Shown piece after piece: positions 10,131 through 17,529 of a stretch of 63,556 nucleotides of DNA; the stretch's first letter is position 1; each line of letters opens with the position of its first letter. The stretch covers positions 1 through 63,556 of the forward strand of contig JANXUV010000218.1 in assembly GCA_025356085.1 (NCBI GenBank), written 5' to 3'. Position numbers and translations under genes: made by a program. Source of the DNA: Betaproteobacteria bacterium. GTDB taxonomy: Bacteria; Pseudomonadota; Gammaproteobacteria; Burkholderiales; SG8-39. Under the pieces are notes generated by a model, which saw only the letters and a program-made list of their open reading frames with translations, was not told where the DNA came from and did not search any database.

Positions 10131-11173
10131 GTTTTCTCTGGCCCGAAGCGCTTTGGCTGCTCGTGCTGCTGCCGCTGCTGCTTGCCAGCTACGCCTGGCT
10201 GCTGGGCCGCAAGCGCAAGTCCGCGGTGCGCTACGCCAACCTCGGCATGATCAAGGAGGCGATGGGGGCGGGTTCGAAGCTCCGGCGCCATGTGCCGCCG
10301 GCGCTGTTCCTGCTCGCCATTGCCGCGCTTCTGGTGGCGATGGCGCGGCCGGTCGCCACCGTCACGCTGCCGACGCAGAAACAGACCATCGTGATGGCGC
10401 TGGATGCTTCGGGCAGCATGCGCGCGAAAGACGTCGAGCCGAGCCGCCTGGTGGCGATGCAGAACGCGGCCAAGCAGTTCGTCGCGGATGCCGCGCCCAA
10501 GACCAAGATCGGCATCGTCACATTCGCCGCCACCGCCTCGCTGGTGCAGCCGCCGACCGACGATCGCGAGGCGATCGCCGCCGCCATCGACCGCATCCAG
10601 CTGCAACGCGCCACCGCCACCGGCAGCGGTCTCATCGTTTCGCTCGCGACGCTGTTTCCCGACGCCGGCTTCGACGTCAGCACCGCGCTGTTTGGGCGTG
10701 AAGCGCAGCGCAACGCGCCGATCGCCGGCGCGGGCAAGGCCGATCCGAAGAAGGATTTCAAGCCGGTGCCGCCGGGCTCCTACAGCTCCGCGGTAATCAT
10801 CCTGCTCACCGACGGCCAGCGCACCACCGGCCCCGACCCGATCGAAATCGCGAAAATGGCCGCCGACCGCGGCGTGCGCGTCTACACCGTGGGTTTCGGC
10901 ACCACCTCGGGCGAGATCATCGGCTTCGAGGGCTGGTCGTTCCGCGTGCGCCTGGACGAGGAGACCCTGAAGACCATCGCCATCATGACCCAGGGCGAAT
11001 ACTTCCACGCCGGCACCGCCGCGGATCTCAAGAAGGTCTACGCGACGCTCAACTCGCGCCTCAGCCTGGAGAAAAAGGAAACCGAGGTCAGCGCGCTGCT
11101 CGCCGGCCTTGGCGCGCTGTTCGCAATGCTGTCGGGGCTGCTGTCGCTGCTCTGGTTCAACCGCATCCTGTAG
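10127..11173 (+). CDS. vWA domain membrane protein (BatA-like)
   Basis: N-terminal FLWPEALWLL segment, MIDAS DASGSM, LLTDG, C-terminal TM; GTG overlaps DUF58 stop. Confidence 0.9.
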   Translation: MSFLWPEALWLLVLLPLLLASYAWLLGRKRKSAVRYANLGMIKEAMGAGSKLRRHVPPALFLLAIAALLVAMARPVATVTLPTQKQTIVMALDASGSMRAKDVEPSRLVAMQNAAKQFVADAAPKTKIGIVTFAATASLVQPPTDDREAIAAAIDRIQLQRATATGSGLIVSLATLFPDAGFDVSTALFGREAQRNAPIAGAGKADPKKDFKPVPPGSYSSAVIILLTDGQRTTGPDPIEIAKMAADRGVRVYTVGFGTTSGEIIGFEGWSFRVRLDEETLKTIAIMTQGEYFHAGTAADLKKVYATLNSRLSLEKKETEVSALLAGLGALFAMLSGLLSLLWFNRIL

Positions 11174-11181
11174 TAGTCGCC

Positions 11182-11679
11182 ATGTCCGCCTACGAGCTCG
11201 CCCAACTCAACATCGGCATCATCCGCGGCCCGATCGGCGGGCCGGTGATGGCGGAATTCGTCGCCAACCTCGACCCCATCAACGCGCTCGCCGAGCGCAC
11301 GCCGGGCTTCGTCTGGCGCTTCCAGACGGAGGAGGGCAATGCCACGTCGGTCCGGCCCTATCCGGAGAACGAGAACATGGCAGTGAACATGTCCGTGTGG
11401 AAGGACGCCGAGTCGCTGCGGCTGTTCGTTTTCCATTCGGAGCACGTGGTGATCATGCGGCGCCGGCGCGAGTGGTTCGAGAAGATGGACGAGGCCTTTC
11501 TGGTGCTGTGGTGGGTGCCGAAGGGCCACAAGCCCACCATCGAGGAAGCAAAGTCGCGGCTGGAGACGTTGCGGCGCAAAGGTTCGACCGCCGAGGCGTT
11601 CACCTTCCGCCAGGCGTTCCCGCCGCCCGATGCGCCGCAGTCTGCGCTGGAGGAGTTCGGAGACGAATGCCCGGCGTGA
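11182..11679 (+). CDS. DUF3291 domain protein
   Basis: LAQLNIG, INALAERTPGFVWR, NMSVW, RRREWF, AFTF pattern. Confidence 0.8.
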   Translation: MSAYELAQLNIGIIRGPIGGPVMAEFVANLDPINALAERTPGFVWRFQTEEGNATSVRPYPENENMAVNMSVWKDAESLRLFVFHSEHVVIMRRRREWFEKMDEAFLVLWWVPKGHKPTIEEAKSRLETLRRKGSTAEAFTFRQAFPPPDAPQSALEEFGDECPA

Positions 11680-12056
11680 CGCACATCGAGCAGGAATGCA
11701 ACAAGGTCCTCGACGCCTTCATGGATGCCCTGAACGCTTACGACTCGGCCGGCATGGAGCATTGCATGCACTTTCCCCATCCGCGCATTGCGGTCGGCAA
11801 GGTAGCGGTCTACGAGGGGCCGGGCAGCAATCCCATGGATCTGTTCGAGCGCCTGAAGAAGGAGGACGGCTGGTCGCACAGCCGCTGGGTGAAGCGGGAA
11901 CTGATCCAGTGCAACGAAAGCAAGGCGCACGTGGCGCTGTCGTACACGCGCTTTCGCGCCGACGGCAGCGTCATCGGCATCTACGATTCGCTCTACATCC
12001 TGACGAAAGTGGACGGGCACTGGGGAATCCAGGCCCGCTCCAGCTTCGGTCCCTGA
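11676..12056 (+). CDS. Hypothetical NTF2/SnoaL-like protein
   Basis: DAFMDALNAYD..HFPH, YTRFRADGS, LYILTKVDGHWGIQARSSF; GTG overlaps upstream stop. Confidence 0.65.
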   Translation: MTHIEQECNKVLDAFMDALNAYDSAGMEHCMHFPHPRIAVGKVAVYEGPGSNPMDLFERLKKEDGWSHSRWVKRELIQCNESKAHVALSYTRFRADGSVIGIYDSLYILTKVDGHWGIQARSSFGP

Positions 12057-12075
12057 TCCATGACGAGGTGAAATC

Positions 12076-12555
12076 GTGAGCGCAACTGAAAACCCACGCC
12101 CCCCTTTCCCGCCGTTCGATGAGGCTGCCGCGGCGCAGAAAGTCCGCATGGCCGAGGACGCCTGGAACACGCGCGACCCGGTGCGGGTTTCGCTGGCCTA
12201 CACACCCGGCAGCGTCTGGCGCAACCGTTCGGAATTCCTGGCGGGCCGCGAGGCCATCGTCCAGTTCCTGACCCGCAAGTGGGCCAGGGAATTGGACTAC
12301 CGGCTGATCAAGGAATTATGGGCGTTCCACGGCAATCGCATCGCCGTGCGCTTCGCCTACGAGTGGCATGACGACTCGGGACATTGGTTCCGTTCCTACG
12401 GCAACGAGAACTGGGAGTTCGATGCACAGGGCTTCATGCAGCGGCGCATCGCCAGCATCAACGACCTGCCGATCCAGGAAAAGGACCGGAAATATCGCTG
12501 GCCGCTGGGCCGTCGCCCCGACGACCACCCGGCGCTTTCAGATATCGGCCTGTAA
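12076..12555 (+). CDS. DUF1348 / NTF2 family protein
   Basis: [40 protein letters not shown]. Confidence 0.88.
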   Translation: MSATENPRPPFPPFDEAAAAQKVRMAEDAWNTRDPVRVSLAYTPGSVWRNRSEFLAGREAIVQFLTRKWARELDYRLIKELWAFHGNRIAVRFAYEWHDDSGHWFRSYGNENWEFDAQGFMQRRIASINDLPIQEKDRKYRWPLGRRPDDHPALSDIGL

Positions 12556-12604
12556 TGCAGGTGGCGGGTGCTAGGCTTGGCAAGTCGAAACCTTGGGGGG
12601 ACAC

Positions 12605-13012
12605 ATGAGCATCGAACTGACCTATCTCCTGCTTGTAACGATTCTTACCGGGGTTCTGTGGATTCCGGTGGTCATCGGCTATGTGATGTCGCGCGGCCCG
12701 TTGAAGCCTTCCGATTACGTCGTGGCGCCGACTTCGCCGCTGCCGCCCTGGGTCAATCGCGCCAACCGCGCGCAGGTCAACGCGGTCGAGAACCTGGTGA
12801 CCTTCGCGATCGTCGTCCTGGTCGCCAACGCGGCCGGAGTGTCAAATTCGGTCACCGAGAACTCGGCCGCGGTTTACTTCTATGCGCGCGCCGCGCATGC
12901 GGTGGTTCACATCACCGGATTCAGCCTGTTCCGTGCCCGCACGATACTGTTCACGGTCGCCTGGATCGCCTTCATGACGTTTTCGATTGAACTGCTGCGG
13001 CATGCGATGTGA
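12605..13012 (+). CDS. MAPEG family membrane protein
   Basis: RANRAQVNAVENL, YFYARAAHAVV, several hydrophobic helices. Confidence 0.8.
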   Translation: MSIELTYLLLVTILTGVLWIPVVIGYVMSRGPLKPSDYVVAPTSPLPPWVNRANRAQVNAVENLVTFAIVVLVANAAGVSNSVTENSAAVYFYARAAHAVVHITGFSLFRARTILFTVAWIAFMTFSIELLRHAM

Positions 13013-13138
13013 GCATGCCTGAATGAGTCCGGTATCGGTCAGCGCCGGCGACGCGATCGAACCATTCGGCCAGGACCAGCACCGCATCAGCGTGTCCGCA
13101 GTCGTCGCCGCTAAAGTTCGATCCCGGGACGCCGGCCT

Positions 13139-14416
13139 CTGACGGCAACGCCGCAGGAAGGCCGCCCGCCCAGGATTCCGCTTCTGAAGCGGCTGGGCCC
13201 CGGCCTGATCACCGGAGCGGCGGACGACGATCCGAGCGGGATCGCCACCTATTCGCAGGCGGGCGCGCAGTTCGGCTACGGCATGCTGTGGTCGGTCCTG
13301 TTCACCACGCCGCTGATGATCGGCATCCAGATCGTCAGCGCGCGCATCGGCCGCGTCAGCGGGCAGGGCCTGGCCGCCAATATCCGCGAGCAGTTTCCCC
13401 GGCCGTTGCTGTATGGCATCGTTTCCCTGCTGCTGGTGGCCAACACCATCAACATCGCCGCGGACCTCGGCGCCATGGGCAATGCGCTGAAACTCATCGT
13501 CGGCGGCAGGAGCGAGATCTACATCGTGCTGTTCGCGCTGTTGTCGCTCGGCCTGCAGATCTTCGTTCCGTTTCCCCGCTACGCGCCGATCCTGAAGTGG
13601 CTGACGCTGGCGCTTTTTTCCTATGTCGGGACGGTGCTGGTGGTGCATGTTCCGATGGAAGAGATGCTCGAGGGCGCCCTGCTGCCGGGCTTCTCGTTCA
13701 CGCGCGACTACGTCGCGCTGGTGGTGGCGGTATTCGGCACCACCATCAGCCCATACCTCTTTTTCTGGCAGGCCTCCCAGGAAGTCGAGGAGCAGCGCGC
13801 GACGCCCGGCGACGAGCCGCTGCGCGAAGCGCCGGGGCAGGCGCGCGCGAACTTCAAGCGCATCAAGTTCGACACCTCCATCGGCATGATCTTCTCCAAC
13901 TTGATCGCGTTCTGCATCATTCTCACCACGGCGGCGACGCTGCATGTCGCCGGCATCACCGATATCCAGACCACCGCGCAGGCCGCGGAAGCGCTGCGGC
14001 CGCTGGCGGGGGAATTCGCTTTCCTGCTGTTTGCGGTGGGCGTGGTCGGCACCGGCCTGCTGGCGATCCCGGTGCTCGCGGGTTCGGCGGCCTACGCGGT
14101 CGCGGAAAGCTTCCGCTGGCCGATCGGGCTCGGCTTGCCGCTGGCGGAGGCGCGCGGCTTCTATTTCATCCTTACCGTGGCCACCCTGCTCGGCGTCGGT
14201 ATCGACCTGGCCGGCGTCGACTCGATCAAGATGCTGCTGTGGGCGGCGATCGTCAACGGCGTGATCGCCGTGCCGATCATGGTGGTGATGATGCTGCTGG
14301 CGGTGAAGCCGGCGGTGATGGGCGCTTTCATCATCAAGCGGCGCCTCTGGGTGCTCGGCTGGCTGGCGACCGCCGTCATGGCGGGGGCGGTGGTCGCCAT
14401 GTTCGCGCTCCTCTAG
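13139..14416 (+). CDS. NRAMP family divalent metal transporter (start uncertain)
   Basis: In-frame LGPGLITGAADDDPSGIATYSQAGAQFGY lies upstream of the first ATG (13283); GTTISPYLFFWQ; many TM segments. Confidence 0.8.
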   Translation: MTATPQEGRPPRIPLLKRLGPGLITGAADDDPSGIATYSQAGAQFGYGMLWSVLFTTPLMIGIQIVSARIGRVSGQGLAANIREQFPRPLLYGIVSLLLVANTINIAADLGAMGNALKLIVGGRSEIYIVLFALLSLGLQIFVPFPRYAPILKWLTLALFSYVGTVLVVHVPMEEMLEGALLPGFSFTRDYVALVVAVFGTTISPYLFFWQASQEVEEQRATPGDEPLREAPGQARANFKRIKFDTSIGMIFSNLIAFCIILTTAATLHVAGITDIQTTAQAAEALRPLAGEFAFLLFAVGVVGTGLLAIPVLAGSAAYAVAESFRWPIGLGLPLAEARGFYFILTVATLLGVGIDLAGVDSIKMLLWAAIVNGVIAVPIMVVMMLLAVKPAVMGAFIIKRRLWVLGWLATAVMAGAVVAMFALL

Positions 14417-15588
14417 CCGCCGCCGGAATCCCCCTCCGGCGCGCGCCCCGAAACGACATCGGCAAGGATCCGGCCCGAGCCGCAGGCGAGTGTCCAGCCG
14501 AGCGTGCCGTGGCCGGTGTTGATAAACAGGTTCGCGTACTTCGTGGCGCCGATGACAGGCAGGTTGCTGGGCGTGGCCGGCCGCAGCCCGGCCCAGTAGG
14601 TCGCCTTGGACGGGTCGCCCGCGTCCGGGAACAGGTCCATCACCCGCTTCACGATCGCTTCGCAGCGCACCTGGTTGATTTCGGTGTTGTAGCCGTTCAG
14701 TTCGGCGGTGCCGGCGATGCGCAGGCGGTCGCCCAGGCGCGAAAGCACCAGCTTGTGCGCCTCATCCGATAGCGAGACCGTCCACGCCGCGGCCGGGTTC
14801 TTTACCGGCATCGTCACGGAGTACCCCTTGAGCGGATAGACCGGCAGGCGGATCCCGAGAGGGCGGACGAGCAGGGGGCTGTAGCTTCCCAGCGCAATGA
14901 CAAAAGCGTCGGCTTGGATCTGGGGCGAAGTGATTTTCCCGTTCTGGACGGCAAGACCTTCAATGGCCACTCCGAATTTGAACTCCACCCCTTTGGCCGC
15001 GCAAAGCTTCGCCAGCCCCGCCGTGAACTTGTAGGCGTCGCCGGATTCGTCCCCGGGGTAGTAATCGCCGCCGACCAGCCGCTGTTTCAGCGAGGCGACC
15101 GCGGGTTCGAGGGCGACGCATTCGTCCGGTGTTTTCCAGCCGGGCTGGAACGGCCGGTCACCGGTATGCAGGACCAGGATGCCGCGCGTCACCTGGTCAT
15201 ATTGGAGGCCGGTTTCCTGGCGCAGGGCCCGCAGCTTGGCGCGGCTGTATTGCCCAAGGCGCTGCAGCCGCGCCGCGTTTTCCCGGAAGCGCGCGGCGGT
15301 GCAGTTGCGCAGGAATTCGAATCCCCAGCGCCACTGCGCCGGGTCGGCGCGCAGGCGGAAGAGGAACGGCGCGTCCTCGCGTCGCATCCATTTCAGCGCT
15401 TGAAGGGGAACCCCCGGGCCAGCCCAGGGCGCGGCGTGGTCGGCGGAGATCTGGCCGCCGTTGGCGAAGCTGGTTTCCAGGCCCGGCCCGTCGCGCCGGT
15501 CGATGACCCGGACGTCATGACCGGCTTGTCTCAGGTACCAGGCTGAAGTGACGCCGATCAGCCCCGCGCCGAGAATGGCGATCTTCAT
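14413..15588 (-). CDS. dadA: D-amino acid dehydrogenase
   Basis: GAGLIG, ETSFANGGQIS, YPLKGYSVT, WAGLRPATP, NTGHGTLGWTLACGSG. Confidence 0.88.
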   Translation of the reverse strand: MKIAILGAGLIGVTSAWYLRQAGHDVRVIDRRDGPGLETSFANGGQISADHAAPWAGPGVPLQALKWMRREDAPFLFRLRADPAQWRWGFEFLRNCTAARFRENAARLQRLGQYSRAKLRALRQETGLQYDQVTRGILVLHTGDRPFQPGWKTPDECVALEPAVASLKQRLVGGDYYPGDESGDAYKFTAGLAKLCAAKGVEFKFGVAIEGLAVQNGKITSPQIQADAFVIALGSYSPLLVRPLGIRLPVYPLKGYSVTMPVKNPAAAWTVSLSDEAHKLVLSRLGDRLRIAGTAELNGYNTEINQVRCEAIVKRVMDLFPDAGDPSKATYWAGLRPATPSNLPVIGATKYANLFINTGHGTLGWTLACGSGRILADVVSGRAPEGDSGGG

Positions 15589-16304
15589 TTAAAGGGGCGG
15601 TCTTCCCACCAGGGGTAGAAGTCGGGCATGTCCGTGCTCGCCTTCATCGTGAAGCGCGGCGGGCGCTTTTCCTTGAAGGCGGCGATGCCCTCGGCGACGT
15701 CGGGCGAAGCGCCCATGGCGTAGATGCCGCGCGAATCCACTTTGTGCGCCTCCATCGGGTGGTCGGCCCCGGCCATGCGCCAGAGCATCTGCCGGGACAG
15801 CGCGACCGCCACCGCCGAAGTGTTGTCGGCGATCTCGCGCGCCAGCGCCATTGCCGCGGGCATCAGGTCCTCCGGCGGCACCACGCGCGACACCAGGCCG
15901 CCCTTGAGCGCCTCGGCGGCGTCGAACACGCGCCCGGTATAGAGCCATTCGGCGGCCTGGTTCAGACCGACCACCTTCGGCAGGAACCAGCTCGAGCAGG
16001 CCTCCGGCACGATGCCGCGGCGCGCGAACACGAAGCCGAAGCGCGCCGCGCTGGAGGCGATGCGGATGTCCATCGGCAGCGTCATGGTCACGCCGACGCC
16101 GACGGCGGGTCCGTTCACCGCCGCGATCACGGGCTTTTTCGATTCGAAAATGCGCAGGGAAACCCGGCCGCCGCCGTCGCGCTCGAAGGCATTTATCAAT
16201 TCGTCGCGCATGCGCCGCGTGAACGCATTCAGCTTGTCGGGGCGCTGAAGAGTGATCGTCAGCACGCGATCTGTGACTTCCTGCCGGATTTCCTCGGGTT
16301 CCAT
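15585..16304 (-). pseudogene. Crotonase/enoyl-CoA hydratase family gene with an in-frame internal deletion
   Basis: RPDKLNAF and KPVIAAVNGPAVGVG present, but ELINAFE joins directly to RDGGGRV with no FCAGADL segment. Confidence 0.6.
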
Positions 16305-16311
16305 GCAAATG

Positions 16312-16333
16312 ATTTTATTCCCCCGCATACAAT
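16312..16333. promoter_or_regulatory. Divergent -10 hexamers TAAAAT (minus) and TACAAT (plus), 7 and 6 nt from the start codons
   Basis: Read directly in the 35-bp intergenic; no SD for either gene. Confidence 0.5.
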
Positions 16334-16339
16334 CGCGAA

Positions 16340-17155
16340 ATGTCAGAAACTGAAAAACCGGGCGAGACGACGCAGTTCATCGAGAAGATGGATGCGGAAT
16401 TGCTCGGCTGGGCACATCCGGCGGAGCGGCTGCGCGCGGCACTCGACCACGATCATTTCCGCCTGCATGCGCAGCCGATCGTCGCCCTGGCGCCGCCGGG
16501 CGGCGTGGCGATGGCCGAAGTCCTGGTGCGGCTGCGCGAGGAAGAGGCCCGCATGCTGCCGCCGGGAGACTTCCTGCCCGCCTTCAAGCACTACGGGCTG
16601 ATTGCCGAGCTGGATCGCTGGGTGGTGCGCAGCGCGCTGCGCAAGCTGGGCGAGGGCGGTGGCGCCCTCCGCAGGCTGAGCGTGAACGTCTCCGCGCAGA
16701 CCATCGAGGAGCCGGGCTTCGCGGCGTTTGTTGCAATGCAACTGCGCCTGGCCGCGCTCGCGCCGGCCTGCCTGGTCATCGAAATCGACGAGACCGATGC
16801 GCTGGACCGGCGCGCGGCGGCCGAACGCTTCGCCGCCGGGATGAAGGACATCGGCTGCCAGCTGTTGCTGGATGGCTTCGCGCGGCGCTCGGTGTCCTTC
16901 GACGCGTTCAAGGCGCTGGGGGTGGACTACGTCAAGGTGGACGGCACCCTGGTCCGCAACATCCTGCGCTCGGGCAGCGCCGCCGCGAAGCTGAAGACGA
17001 TCCTGCGCGCCGGCGCGGCGACCGGCGTCGGCGTGATCGCCGAGTGCGTCGAAGACGGGAAGGTGCTCGCTGCCTTGCGCCTGCTGAAGGCCGGATACGT
17101 GCAGGGATTCGGCGTGCGCAAGCCCGAACCGATCGATGATTTGTTCGGATCCTGA
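16340..17155 (+). CDS. Stand-alone EAL domain protein (degenerate loop 6)
   Basis: QPIV, AEVLVRL, SVNVS, YVKVDG, IAECVE, VQGF; DDFGTG replaced by DGFARR. Confidence 0.85.
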   Translation: MSETEKPGETTQFIEKMDAELLGWAHPAERLRAALDHDHFRLHAQPIVALAPPGGVAMAEVLVRLREEEARMLPPGDFLPAFKHYGLIAELDRWVVRSALRKLGEGGGALRRLSVNVSAQTIEEPGFAAFVAMQLRLAALAPACLVIEIDETDALDRRAAAERFAAGMKDIGCQLLLDGFARRSVSFDAFKALGVDYVKVDGTLVRNILRSGSAAAKLKTILRAGAATGVGVIAECVEDGKVLAALRLLKAGYVQGFGVRKPEPIDDLFGS

Positions 17156-17312
17156 TCGGTTGGCGCCAGAATGCGCGACATCAAAGTTGCACACTTCGCA
17201 ACAATCAGGTATTAATCACATCCGTGATGACTGCCAAATCTCGCAACGTTGCCTAGTTCAAGGCCAATCGTTGCGCTTCGTTTTTCCTCTTCGGTAGTTT
17301 TCCGCTTTCCGA

Positions 17313-17378
17313 ATTCAAAGCGCCGGGATTCATTCCGGTGCTTGAATCGCGCGCGCCTTGCTTTGCGAGGAGCGTGCG
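17313..17378 (+). other. Two adjacent stem-loops (putative structured leader)
   Basis: ATTCAA-A-GCGCCGGGA/TTCCGGTGC-TTGAAT (17313-17347) and CGCGCGC-G-CCTTGC/GCGAGG-A-GCGTGCG (17348-17378), both with G-U pairs on the + strand. Confidence 0.55.
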
Positions 17379-17411
17379 TGACAGTACTTCCAAACCCTTA
17401 AGGAGCCCGCT

Positions 17412-17456
17412 ATGGCGAAGAAAAAAGCCAAGAAAAAAGGCAAAAAAAAGAAGTAG
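17412..17456 (+). CDS. Unannotated lysine-rich micro-ORF MAKKKAKKKGKKKK (14 aa)
   Basis: TAAGGAG Shine-Dalgarno 6 nt upstream of ATG; 10 of 14 codons are Lys; TAG stop followed by a hairpin. Confidence 0.65.
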   Translation: MAKKKAKKKGKKKK

Positions 17457-17460
17457 TTAA

Positions 17461-17506
17461 GTGAACTGCGGACGGCCCTGAAGCTCGGGCCGCTCCGCAG
17501 GCTCAC
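17461..17506. terminator. GC-rich hairpin between the micro-ORF and the convergent acyl-CoA ligase
   Basis: CTGCGGA-CGGCCC / GGGCCG-C-TCCGCAG stem with outer GTGA/TCAC; no strong U tract. Confidence 0.45.
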
Positions 17507-17529
17507 GCAGCGCGCAGTTGAGTTGCAGT

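Noticed and set aside
17161-17174. Possible sigma-54 promoter TGGCGC...TGC
   Set aside because: GG-to-GC spacing is 9 nt instead of the required 10
17412-17506. Lysine attenuator leader peptide interpretation
   Set aside because: There is no co-oriented downstream gene to regulate; the next gene is convergent
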